A DNA stretch of 64,000 nt from assembly GCA_015680685.1 (NCBI GenBank), contig MNCI01001745.1:179564-243563 (forward strand), given 5' to 3'. The translations under genes and the position numbers were made by a program. Below are positions 22,651 to 34,359 of the stretch, one piece after another (within the stretch, counting starts at the first letter, position 1; every line of letters starts with the position of its first letter). This stretch comes from Gnetum montanum. Its lineage: Eukaryota > Plantae > Gnetophyta. A model generated the notes under the pieces. The model worked only from the letters and a program-made list of their open reading frames with translations, was not told the origin of the DNA and ran no database searches.

Positions 22651-25608
22651 TAGCCCCACGACTGAATAAAAACTCGTCCTCGAGTTACAAGGAAAACAAG
22701 CTTCAGTGATTACACAGTGGATAGGTATGGGATTATTAACTAGAAAAAAGAATGGACTAATGTCGCAGTGTGGGAAGACACAACATAGAGAAAAACTGCT
22801 ACAACTGCAAAAATGGGGAACCCATGTAGTTCCTGGTGGTGGTGGCTCCTCCATGGGTGCTTTCCCTTTGTCACGTGCTCCAAGTTTTGAAGATTGATGA
22901 CGTTGAAGAATAGCCTGGAGTTTCTCCTCTTCGGTCCGAGGGTCTTGTGCCGTCCATGCTGATGCTCCGATGGTTGATGGAGTCGGCACTTCCCACGGAC
23001 AGGGTATTTGCGGGAACATCTGATTAGCTTTGACGTACCACGCCGCAAACACCTGTCGTTCCTCTTCAAAGGCTTTGTCTTTGTCTTTGTATTCATGAAG
23101 TTCTATTAGCCATCGAGCTAAGTCGGTTGCCACATCGTTCTGTCCTTGGTAGCTCTCTTTAACCACCATGAGTTCAGAATTTGCAACATCTAATTTTTCA
23201 GCCAACTTCTTTCGTTCTGCAAACTCTGCCTCATATTTGATGTAGGTGGAAGCTACCTGCTGATCGAGCTCTAACCTCAGGTGTCCTGCTGTTAACATGG
23301 CCAGGTTGGCATATTGAAGGTTGGCCAACTCCATGTATTCAGTTAAGTCTTGGATCTGCAGGTCCCAGTTCTTAATTTCCGCCTGGTGGGCATAGGCATA
23401 TGTGTCCAATATGGCCCCCCAATCAGTGTGCTGGGCACTGATATTGTTGATTTGGGCTTTTTCCATATGGATCTCCTTCTCTAGGATCTGTTTGTACATC
23501 CCCACCTGGTCACGGAAGTGCTCCTTCAGCTTCTCGTGTCGTTTAGCCTCATTCTGCCACACACTAATCTCGATGGCTGATTTCTGTCGAATAGCACGCA
23601 CCTCCTCCATTGAGAGTGTTCGATTTTCTCTAGCTAAATGGCTTACGTCTTGGTTGAATCGAATGAATTATTCTTGCAGCCAATGAAAGTGCTCATCGAG
23701 AACATTCTTTTATTTTTCCACAGAAGTCAACCGAAGGTTGTCGGCAACCAACTGCTTGTTTTCTTCTTGTAAGGCCTTGAGTGCCTTAAGATGCGCATGA
23801 GTTTGCGCCTTTGCTGTGGAGGAATCCCAAGTGGCCGTCTCCTTCTCTTCTGCCACCTTCTTATTTTCTGCAATTAATTTGGTTAATTGCTCAGTTTTAA
23901 AATTGTCTAACTAGTCTGTGGGAACCAATCGCAAGGGATCCCGCTGTGCTTCTTGTAAGGCAATGAGCTGCTCTTGTAATTTCTGCACTTTAGCCTCAGC
24001 ATGCTCAACACTTACTTGGGATATGACTAGTTTCCCCTTGGTTGAAATGAGGTCTGACTGCATTGCGGTTACATCCTGAGGGAAGTCAAACAAGGACGTT
24101 AAAACTTGTCCTGTTTGAAGCAATCTATCCAATGCATCCTCATGTTCTGCAGGAGTCATTGAGGTTCTGGCAATGATTTGAGCATCCCGTGCTCCTGAAA
24201 GATCTGCTAGTGGCACAACAGGTACATGAAAAGATTCCTTTATGTGGTCAGCTACCACATCAGCTACTCCAGCGGCATCCTGGTGTTGCATGACCACTAT
24301 TGTGGCCCCTTCACCAGTCTCTAATTGTACTTGAAAAGATGCCGCATGTCTAGAAATCTGTTGTGACCATCTACTTTTCCCTCCTCCTGTTTGCATTGAC
24401 AACTCACCCCTTGTGCAATCTATTGAAATTGTAGGCTGCCTGGCATCATCGATGACATGGAAGAGACTGGTGTCATCACGACTTCCCCAACTGACCATCT
24501 CAGCAATGGCCCTTAAATGGCTCATTGACGGTCTATAGTCTTGCGGCGGCAGCTGATCCTGACCTGTACCGGGTTCTGCCTCTTGTTGTTGGCTAGGACC
24601 TGTGGTTGGAGGTTGACTGGGTCCTGCAAGCTGAGTTGCAGGGGTTTCAGTCACTTGTTCTTTATTTCCCTCATCTGGTCCCAACTCTTCGCCAGTACTC
24701 TTTCTTGGAGCTGGCGCCTTTAGTAATTTGGCGTAAGAAGCATTTTGGGCCTTTCGGAGGACGTCATTTGTATATCCCCGAATACCTGCCCGACGGCACA
24801 GTTTTCTGATAAGACAGGGAAAAGGGAGTGCCATTTTTCCTGTCTTCCGTTCTTCGAATCGCCTTAGGATCTCTGTCAAATATAGATGAGGAAGGTTAGC
24901 GTTAACCTTTCCCATCAACACTGCACATCCTCTTGCCGCATACATTGATATTCTCTTTAAGCCTTTTGTGGGGAAGAGGTGATAGGTCCCGATTTTGAAA
25001 TAGACTCGTTCTTCCGTGGTCAGCTCATCAAAAGTCTTATCTCTGCCATAGGCCTTTTCTAGCCAATCCTTTCGCACATCAGGGTCGGATCGGGTGGATA
25101 ACCGAGCAACATGGGGGCCTGAATTCGGAAGATATAACACTTCCGAAATCGCCTGTGCAGAAAAATCTACTGACACACCACCAATGTTTACTGTGGTGCC
25201 TTGCTCTTTATTGTGCCAAAACAGGTACGTTTCTCCTAAGTACCAGGCACTTTGTTCAGAGAGGACAGGCCATAAGGGAGACCCTTTAAGGTGATCCCTA
25301 ATAGCCTCAGGAGCGAACTCTGCAAAAGATTCGAAGTTGAGTTCCACAATCACTGAAGCAATTGTGGACTTCGTGTTGATGGCCTGAACACATTCCGGGG
25401 GCAACGTGAGTTGTTGTCCCAGTTTAGGCACAGCAGCTCCTCCTTCTACTTGCCCGGACCGTCTGGTAGGAGGCTCATTTTGATGGATACTGAATGAATG
25501 CACCTCCTGTTCATTATGTTGTCCTGCAGGGACTTGTCTTCGACCTCTCCTAGGTTGCTTTGCTCCACCTTGGGTCGGACTCTTCTGCTGGGTGCGTTTC
25601 GGGGCCAT
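22648..25608 (-). pseudogene. Athila env-like/ORF2 accessory protein, ancestrally one ORF of roughly 900-990 aa with a long C-terminal coiled coil
   Basis: ORFs 23911-25614 and 22648-23610 share a frame and are separated only by one TAG and two TAA codons; motifs VNIGGVSVDFSAQAISEVLYLP and LPFPCLIRKLC are typical of the Athila ORF/plant transposon accessory domain. Confidence 0.8.
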
Positions 25609-26074
25609 CTGCAATCACACGGGCCAACATTAGTAAGGTTGTTTAGGAAATCAAGTTATACCTTACTATTTGCCTTAATTAAAGATCATATGTTATTGTG
25701 TGATCGTGCCCGAAAATTAGGAGAGTGGGTCCTATGACTTAGGCGAATTTCGGTTTAATCTCCCGGTATACTTAAGGTCATATGATTTATGGTGCAATTT
25801 CCTAAGTGTTAGTATTAATTACCCTAATTGATGTCCTTTGGGCGATGAAGAATTTCAAAAAAGTTAGGCACTTTTCGGCAAGTGTCTCTCCCCCACGACT
25901 AAACTGAACACTCCGGGTTCAAGCAGGTTCAAACGGAATTAAAATCGGAGTACCAGTGCGCGAGATAGAGTGGAAAAAGCAAGGGTCACTCAAGCGCAAG
26001 TCGCATAGAAAAAATTTCAAAAACTTCCCCCCGCGTAAATGCCAAATGATGCAAAGTGTTGCAGTGGGGGTTCC

Positions 26075-26162
26075 TATTTATAGGAAAGGGGGGACGCGAT
26101 ATCGCGTACGGTACATCGCATACGCGATATCTTGTGGGACACGATATCGCGTACGCGATATC
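26075..26162 (-). promoter_or_regulatory. Internal LTR-like promoter upstream of the env-like ORF
   Basis: TATAAATA at 26075-26082 preceded by GCGATATCGCGTACGCGATATC palindromes, mirroring LTR U3 at 30502-30618. Confidence 0.7.
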
Positions 26163-27544
26163 TTGGCCCAACCAAAGTGAGACAACTAACAAAGACCAAA
26201 TTTTAAATGATTTTTCTTGCAATTAATGTGTAAAACTAGGACATTAACAAGAAGTAATGGACTCAAGGGTAATTACAAGAATTCGAAAGGCACCTTGAAT
26301 GAGATAGGTGTGAATTTAACAATTAAAACTTTTGGTGGTTATGAAGAAAAGGGAATATAATAGTACATTAGAACGTTAAAAATTGGAGGGTTAATAAATG
26401 GGAAAGAAAATTATGAAAAAATAAGATGAGGGTCAAAAATTGTGTGTTCTAGCTGGACAATTAATGAAGATTACAACAAAATTACACAAGTGGGTCCTCC
26501 CCAAAGTAGGTTTCAACCTATTATGCCCTTGTGTAATCACACTTAAAGTGTCTGTGGGCACTAGAAGGGTTAGAGGTAATTTGCACTAACTCCACAAAAC
26601 ACACACATGTAAACATCACCGGAATGAGATGAAAATTTTATGTTACACGGGACACGAGCTACAATTACACGAACAATGAGATGAGACGAAGTGTAGAAAG
26701 GGATCGTAGAGATCGGGACATGAGGTATCTAACTCAGGGTACAATGAATCCTGTGTGTAAAGCATGGTTAATGTGTCATTAACCCATCGTTCCAAGATCA
26801 GGACCAAGTCCATCCTTCTAAACAGTGACATCGCATTGTTTCATCTCGTGATGAACAACTATGAGAGTACCATAACAACAAGGCGTACGATCACTTGGCG
26901 TTTAGTACAAGGGAGGAGTGATTTTTGTTTTATGGCACTTTTCTTTTTCTTTTTTTTTCTTTTTCACTTTACTGAATCCAGAGAAGCTGCCAACCTTCAG
27001 GCATGGGTGCATGTCTTTCCATTGGGACCCCCTAGAACAGATTTTGAATTTTGAGTGCCCTTTTGATTCCTCTTACTCCCATTTTCATTAGATCTACAAG
27101 GATCTTAGTACAACCAGGTTGCATGATAACACCCACGAATGTCACCAAAGAGAATCCACAAGTCCCCTTGATGTCACATCCTAATCATTCCCTCTTGGTC
27201 CATCCTTCTTCATTCTGTATACAATGAACACAAAATTAATTTTAAGTTTTTAGAAATCTCAATAATATCACTGTACCCACAAACAGAACCTCTTTATTTA
27301 TAGAGTGGATGAATGGATGTAGTGGGCTCATTGTTTCAAATAACTGATCACTCATGACTTAATAACATAAAACACATCTCAACCAATGATCCACATGAGT
27401 GTTTTATTCATAAATGAGATTACTTACAAAAAAAAAAAAAGACAAACACACAAAAAGATAAAAAAAAAAGTTGAAAAATGAAAAACTGGAAAACATAAAG
27501 TTATAAAATTAAAGAAAATTAAAAACATTTATTAATCCTTCTTG

Positions 27545-29524
27545 TTACTGAAATGGGGGATATCCCCCATAACTAAACGGTTGAGTATGGTAAGGATTAA
27601 TAAATGAAGAATGAGGATCCATGCATATTGGAATTATTGACACCGGTCCAAACTTATCCCCTTGGATTTTACGCACTTTGTAATAAACACAGTGGGGCAC
27701 TTCATACGATGTAGTTCCCGGATAACAAGTTGAACCACTATGATGGTTAGGATCGTTAGGTGGTATGCAAGGATTGGACTGATGCCTCCCATGGTTGTGT
27801 TCATTGGGCCTTGTGGTTGTTGGAGTGTTAGTTGGTGGCCCTGATGAAGGTACATGAGGCGTTGGGTTCGAAGGTAAGGATGCACCACATTGTTGGACTT
27901 GTGCTGGGTTGGAAGATGCAGTGGCCTCAGAATTATGTTGTCCCTTCCTACGGCCGTGTTTAAAGAAAGGATGTCTTTGATGTTGAGGAGGCTCTTCACT
28001 GCTGTAAGTAGCAGCAGCACAAATGTTGTTTATGGGTTGCGGTGGTACAAACACCTGAGGAACAGTTGGTGGCATTGTGGAAGGAGGGAAAGGATAAGAA
28101 TGTTGAAAGTTAGGAGGAGGATAAGGTGCACAAGGTGGTGGTTGTGTTGGAGGTATGGGTTGATGGTATTGTGAAGAATGGTATTGTGGTGAGATAGAGT
28201 ATGGTGGCCCAGTTGAAGAAACAGGATGTTGAATGTTATAAACATTTGGATTCAGAAAATGTGAAGGGTGCCTCCAATCTAAGGGTGGATTCCCCCACGA
28301 CTGGGATGGTTGCCACTGTGGTCTAAAACAGTATCTCTGTATGAACTCTGGATGTAACGTGTTTCCCCAATGCTCATGTAGATGTAACAGTATTGGGCAT
28401 TGGCCTTTGGGGTGATCGTACAGGCATATGTTGCATTCATATGTATGATTGACAGTTGAGCACTTATTCCCTTCATTCCTTCTTTCCGAATGTTTACTAT
28501 TTTGTCCTACTTCTTGGGTTGTGAAAACTCTATCTCCAATGTTGTTGGTATATTCTCCACACTTTTGATTCATCCATTCCAACATCTTATAGAACTTTGC
28601 CTCGACTTCTTCTAATAATTGTTTTATTGGCAAAGATGATGTTTCCACCTTTAGATTTGTTGATTTCTCCTTGTTATGCTTATGGACCTTTGTTGAGTTG
28701 AAATTTTGGTCCAGTTGATGTTTTTCAACACTCTCCCATGTAGTTATTTCTCCTTCTTCTTTTGCTACTAGCTTAATAAGCTCTTGGAATTGATGGGTTC
28801 GTAGTTGGTATAATTGACCTCGGGCATACGTTCCTAAGGTCTCTCTGGTTTCATTACGTAGCCCATCAATAATATGGTACATTAGCCTTTCCTCGGAAAA
28901 CCCATGGCTTGGACAGTTGTTTAACAGTGAATAATATCTTTCTAAGGCCATGTCCAAGGGTTCATGTTTTTCTTGGTTCCATCCTTGGATTTGTTTCCTC
29001 AAGGCTGACACTCTTGCGTAGGTTTGATATTTTTCATTAAAGACCTCTACCATTGTTGACCAGCATCGTATTGAATTTGGTTTTAACGATCTATACCATA
29101 CTTTAGCTTGGTCAACGAGTGTCATAGGAAAGAGCTTTAGTTTTTGCCAACTGTTATCAATGTTATTCCATGTGTAGGCATCGTAGAAGGCTAGTAAATG
29201 CTGACGTGGATCTAAGTCATAGCCTCCTGAAAATTTGGGAAAGTTGTTTAAATCGAGCCTGGGTAGTTGGCTCTCTTTACGATGCCTACGTGAGATTCGA
29301 ACGGCCTCTTGTATTTGTGTTAAGCTTGTAGTGGCCAGTGGGGATTCATCGTCATCGGGTAAGTTATGTCTTCTTGTGTTATGATGACGTTGTTTTTGTT
29401 CATGCTTATAAGAAACTCCCACTTCAGGTTGTATACTCCAATCTTCATCGTCATATAGTTCGTTGGTTCTCCAATGAATATCCTCACTAAGTGTGGTGTT
29501 ATTATCATCTTGTCGGAGAGACAT
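27545..29524 (-). CDS. gag: Athila-type Gag (659 aa, intact ORF)
   Basis: PKFSG..DPRQHL, KLKLFPMTLVDQAKVWYRSLKPNSIRCW, CNICLYDHPKGQC zinc knuckle, Pro-rich tail; starts ~100 bp after the PBS. Confidence 0.9.
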   Translation of the reverse strand: MSLRQDDNNTTLSEDIHWRTNELYDDEDWSIQPEVGVSYKHEQKQRHHNTRRHNLPDDDESPLATTSLTQIQEAVRISRRHRKESQLPRLDLNNFPKFSGGYDLDPRQHLLAFYDAYTWNNIDNSWQKLKLFPMTLVDQAKVWYRSLKPNSIRCWSTMVEVFNEKYQTYARVSALRKQIQGWNQEKHEPLDMALERYYSLLNNCPSHGFSEERLMYHIIDGLRNETRETLGTYARGQLYQLRTHQFQELIKLVAKEEGEITTWESVEKHQLDQNFNSTKVHKHNKEKSTNLKVETSSLPIKQLLEEVEAKFYKMLEWMNQKCGEYTNNIGDRVFTTQEVGQNSKHSERRNEGNKCSTVNHTYECNICLYDHPKGQCPILLHLHEHWGNTLHPEFIQRYCFRPQWQPSQSWGNPPLDWRHPSHFLNPNVYNIQHPVSSTGPPYSISPQYHSSQYHQPIPPTQPPPCAPYPPPNFQHSYPFPPSTMPPTVPQVFVPPQPINNICAAATYSSEEPPQHQRHPFFKHGRRKGQHNSEATASSNPAQVQQCGASLPSNPTPHVPSSGPPTNTPTTTRPNEHNHGRHQSNPCIPPNDPNHHSGSTCYPGTTSYEVPHCVYYKVRKIQGDKFGPVSIIPICMDPHSSFINPYHTQPFSYGGYPPFQ

Positions 29525-29625
29525 TGTTGTGTGACTTTTTAATAATTATTATTTTCTGAAAGATATATCGTTAAGTTCTTTACAGCGACCTTGTATGATA
29601 TAACTAATCTAGATACCTAGCACCA

Positions 29626-29643
29626 TCCCCGGCAACGGCGCCA
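29626..29643 (-). other. Primer-binding site, tRNA-Asp type (Athila)
   Basis: TGGCGCCGTTGCCGGGGA one base inside the 5' LTR end. Confidence 0.9.
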
Positions 29644-29644
29644 A

Positions 29645-30642
29645 TGATGAGTGGCGAGGTACCCCTACACTCAACCATACGAAACGAGCGTCGCACGCGC
29701 GATCCGGTCAAACTCCGCAGATGGACTAGTTGTGGCATCTAGCTTAGTTAGCCTTAGGTCGCAATTCGCTGTCTTCCCATCTAGACTAGTTTTGCATATG
29801 TCACGTATGGTTTAGTCTAGATGAGGTGTATGATGTGTTCCTAATTCTATGCTACTCCTGAAGGCAATGGAAAATAATATTAACTGATCTAAGCTAAGAG
29901 GAAAAGGGTAAGAAAATCTAATCTAGCCTTAAGTGCGACGAGCAACCGATTCCTTGATTAACCGTACACATCTTGGACTTCGTGCACGACTGCCACTAGG
30001 ACTACCAAGCATAGGCCTAGGTATGCCACTGGGATTACCAAGAGCAGACCCCGAATACGCCATTGGGTTACCAAGCGTAGATTCCCCTAGCTACACCATT
30101 GGGCTACCAAGCAGTCACACTTAAATGCTCGTAACCAAGTCGTACTCATTCCACTTCTAAGGTGAGGAACTAATCGCAATGAGTAACCGATTCCTTAACT
30201 AGCCGTACACACCCGTAGATGCTCGTAGTTAAGTCGTGCTCACACTGCGCTATGAAAGTAATAAATAACATGAAATAAATAACAATAAATAAACTAAGTG
30301 AATGCTGCAATGATGAATTAATATTGATCTTTATTGTTGGTCATGTGCATGTCCAAGTACGGCACACTCAAATAAAGACACCATACAATCACATTCACCA
30401 CACTGCGGGCAGAGACGGGAAAATTCTAACTTTGGAGGGATCAAACTGCCAGAGCTTCGCTACACTAAAACTGGGATGTGAAAGAAGGGAGAGCCGCCTC
30501 TTATTTATAGAAATGACGGCTGACTGCGATATTGTGTACGCGATATCGTATGGAAGGACGCGATATCGCGTACGCGATATCGCGGGGGATGCGATAGCGC
30601 GTCGGACGCGATATCGCGGCCGACGCAGACCGCGTCTCATCA
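29645..30642 (-). repeat. 5' LTR of element F (998 bp)
   Basis: TGATGAG...CTCATCA inverted termini; TATA at 30502-30509; GCGATATCGC repeats; ~30-bp CCACTGGGATTACCAAGC-like tandem units at 29993-30112. Confidence 0.93.
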
Positions 30643-30647
30643 CATAC

Positions 30648-33600
30648 CTACCCAAGCACGTTTCATGTTTCCTACAATCAGTGTAAGGAGAAGTGTTGGT
30701 TGGATAAGAAGTGGGTAGAACCCTTCAAGCTGGTCATAGTTGAAGAAGCTATGGTTGAACTCTTGCTGTTCCCGTTACCATATAGACCTGATGGGTCAAA
30801 TAGTAAGTGTCGCATGCTTAAGTTTTTTTGAAATCCTTGTATTTCTTACATCGTCATGCTAAGTGTGTTTTGTGAAAATTGTTGCAAGGGCAAAGAGGCC
30901 CCAGGAGGTAAAGGTGGTAACCGCTGAGACACAGGGGGCAAACATCTACTTCAAATATGGTGAAGTAGAAGTGAGCCAGCGCTGGTTAGACTAGGGGGTG
31001 TTAGAATCCTTGGCCAAGAACGTCCAAAAGGTGAGCCTCATGGATCTTTTCATGGCCCTGAATCCAAGCGTTCTTGCTGCTGAGATGCTTTCCCTGGTCA
31101 ACTCCTTCTCTAAGAGGGTAGGTCATTTTTGCACGCACGTACGGGGTGTGTGGGTGGTCATTGAAATCAATGACCAGCTGTTTACAGACCTATTTGGTGT
31201 TCCTGCCGATGGTGTCCTCATAGGATCGAAGTGCAAGAAGGAGTTGACCCTTCAGAAGAAGGATATCTAGGAGTGTTTGGGGCTTGTTAAGAAGCAAAAA
31301 GGGCTCCCCATGGATAAACTTAAGGATGGCTCCACCATGGAGATTTACCCTGTCTTCTGTGCCCGTGCATTCTGCCAACTACTTACCCAAGGAAAGGTCC
31401 TGAGGCTCGAGAAAGCCTGGATAATGTGGGAGGTTATGGAAGAAGGGGCCTATTACAATTGGGCCAGCTTCCTATGTAAGGGCTTGCAGGCTGAGATTTT
31501 GGGACTCTGTGAAAAAATGGAGTCCCGCTCCAACATACACTATGCCTTCTACATAGGCTGTTTGAAGTGCTTCATGGAGTTTCTAGTGGTTCAAGAGAAT
31601 GGAGTCTAGACCATGCGTTGCAACTAGATTTCCAAGCCATGGATTTGATAGATCCTTTGGACTAGACAAGCCCAAGATCCCCTAGAAATAATTGGGGAGT
31701 CGTTGTCTATAACAATCAAAGATCGAGTGGCTCTCAGTGTTTGTGGCCAAGACAGCATGGGAGAGATGCCCCCTACTATAGCTGGTAGCATGATGTGGGG
31801 GTAGCGTCTCATAGTCAAGACTATGTCCAAGGAGTTGCAAAGGAAGAGACCTCCCCCAGCCAAGGAAACCCTTCACATGAAGGAAGAGAAGGGATGAAGG
31901 CTACGAATTAAGCTATAGAGCACACAACCCCCCATTGGTAAATTCTTTCGTGTAATGCTTACTTTGCTATTGTTTGCTACGCTATGTTGTGCTAGGCGGT
32001 GTAGTGTAGTATAGCATTTTCTTTGAGCTAATTTATTTTGGACCAATGAAAACATGATTCTTTGCTAGCAAAGGAAGAAGAAGAAGATGATGATGATGAT
32101 GAAGAAGTGTTAGCCCTTAAGACGAGGACAAAAAATCATGATACGGAGGCCCCAGTTTCAGAGGAAAGGGCCTCGGTCAAAAATAAGGGAGCTCCTGTTT
32201 CTAGGGTAGGGGCTCTTGTCATTAGGGAGCCTCCTATCAACGAAGAGGCACCTTCCTTGAATAAAAAAGATTGCGGTCTCCTGAAAGGAAAGGCACCAGT
32301 GCATGAGAAAGGGGTTCGTATGAAGTTGGTAGGGCCCTCCACCAAGGCTACTACCATCTTCTTGCATTAGCAAGAAGAAAGATCACAGCCGGATGATGGT
32401 GAGTTTGGTGATACATCTGCCTTATTGTAGTCCATTTTGGCCATTGCTGATATGCTTATTCATGTGTTGCTACTACTAATGCTGTAGGAACCCCTCCGAT
32501 CCGTGCGGAGTCATGGGCCAAGATCTTTGACAAGTTTGCATTCGTGTAGGGACTTGTCGATGACATGATCAAACATCTTTAGTAGGCAGACCTTGACATG
32601 GGTAAGTATTAGTATTAAATGCTCCTATGTTATTAGACTAAAAAATTTTGAGTTCATTGATTTTGCTATGCTAACATGATTGCTACACTCTTTGTATCGA
32701 GGTAGCCTCTCGGCTCAAATGGAACTCGGCACGACCTATGAAAGTTGGCACCATGCCTACACTCTTACCTGACGTGACTGAGATGCCTCATCGCACATTA
32801 AATGAGGCTTACGAGTGCGTCTTGCACTCAGCACGCTCTCTATGGGAGTATAAGTGCATCAACGAGGACCTCTGGAAATGGGTCCAAAGGGTTCAGCAAA
32901 GAGATGCTGACCTAGTTGCTTTAGTGGAGGGTCTCAAGTTGAGGAACGAGTTCCTCGTAAACCATAACCCTGATACTGAGGATTGGTGCAAGGCTGTAGA
33001 TGACTACGTCATATTTTGGACTGTTGTGCATCAGAACGTTGAATCTACTCACAAGATAATCGAATAGCAAATGCAGATGGACTTGCTAGCCTAGAAGTGT
33101 CAAGACATGAAAGATATCAGCGCCAAGGTTTTTAAATGGGGGCAAACCTAGAGAAACCACAAACACGTGTACAAGCTAGAGAATGATACCCATCGAAAAC
33201 TGTACAAAGGCACTACTATGGAGGCATTCATGTATGAAGCATTTGTGAATGCCATCGATGCTTCTGAGGCCTACGCTAAGTTCAAATAGCAGGTAAAGGT
33301 TACAGAATATCCTGACTTGAAAGTGGACCTTCCTACAAGAGAGACTGAAACTACCTCCCTTTCCCAGAGACCTCTAAGATGGACGACCGTGAAAAGGGAG
33401 AGATCCACTACTGCAAATACTAAACCTAGCAATAGGCATTGGATGAACATCACGATAGAGGAGGTCTGGCATCGCCTCAGGCTTAGTCTAGACCGGATAC
33501 CCTTTGAGACTGACGTAAGCCCCTCTTAGGTTAGTCGCTTTACTATGTAGATGTTCATGCTTTGTTATAGTTTGCGTTTGTTGCCCTAACTAACTACTTC

Positions 33601-33750
33601 ATTCCTACGATGCAGGCTCCAAATGAGGGTGCAAGGCCCGTAGAGGGAGGGAATGAAGAACCAGAAGAAGACAACGCAGGGAAGGATGACGTACAAGCAG
33701 ATGAAGCAGAGGCGAGCGGCGAGAATGATGCAAATAGAGACAACCCATGA
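30648..33750 (+). pseudogene. Antisense gene copy C, 3' exons
   Basis: ORFs 30998-31270, 31277-31609, 32062-32370, 32738-33067 and 33317-33529 are homologous to A and B; introns 30803-30888, 31938-32068, ~32314-32370, 32602-~32701 and 33530-33615; TGA at 33748-33750. Confidence 0.82.
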
Positions 33751-33928
33751 CAGCATGGGATTTTCTTTTTGAAACTTTTGAATTTTTGAAATTTCAAAAT
33801 GTTGAAATTTTGTAAAAGTTTTGCAAACATTTCCAACAGGTGAAAGTTTTGAATAAAATGAAAAACCTTAGAAAATAAATCAATTTTGTGTTAACTTGTG
33901 TATCATGTAAAGTTTTCATGCTTTCATA

Positions 33929-34230
33929 TGCTAGTTTTAGGCCATTTCAGGCCATTGCTAGTTTTAGGCTGTCTCGGGCCATTGCTAGTTTTAGGCCATT
34001 TTGGGCCATTGTGTAACATGCTAGAAAGATTATATGTTAACAAAGAAAAAAGCAACAATGCTAGTTTTAGGCCATTTCGGGCCATTGCCAAAAGAGATAG
34101 TACATTAACAAAGAAAAAAGTGATGATGCTAGTTTTAGGCCATTCCGGGCTGTAGCATAGCATGCTAGAAGGATGGCATGTTAACAAAGCAGAAAGAAAC
34201 GATGCTAGTTTTAGGCCATTTTAGGACATA
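33929..34230. repeat. Tandem GCTAGTTTTAGGCCATT array between protease and the antisense gene end
   Basis: Repeated units directly visible; reverse complement of the 1015-1121 array. Confidence 0.85.
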
Positions 34231-34359
34231 GCGTAGCATGCCAAAAGGATGGCATGTTAACAAAGAAAAGAAGCCATGAATGTACAAGGGATGGTGATTG
34301 GGCAGGAAGTAGTAGGGTTGCTACGCTATGCGTAGCTACCTCTTGACCTATTGTGGATT

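Larger units (their letters stand above)
21832..30642 (-). mobile_element. Element F: complete non-autonomous Athila-like LTR retrotransposon (gag plus env-like/ORF2, no pol)
   Basis: Paired LTRs, exact 5-bp TSD CATAC (21827-21831 and 30643-30647), PBS TGGCGCCGTTGCCGGGGA; host exon continues across the insertion as in copy A. Confidence 0.93.

Noticed and set aside
20330-33750. Antisense multi-exon gene as an ordinary host gene invaded by TEs
   Set aside because: Three copies occur in the same position and orientation relative to gag-PR and share the elements' motifs and decay, so it travels with the element
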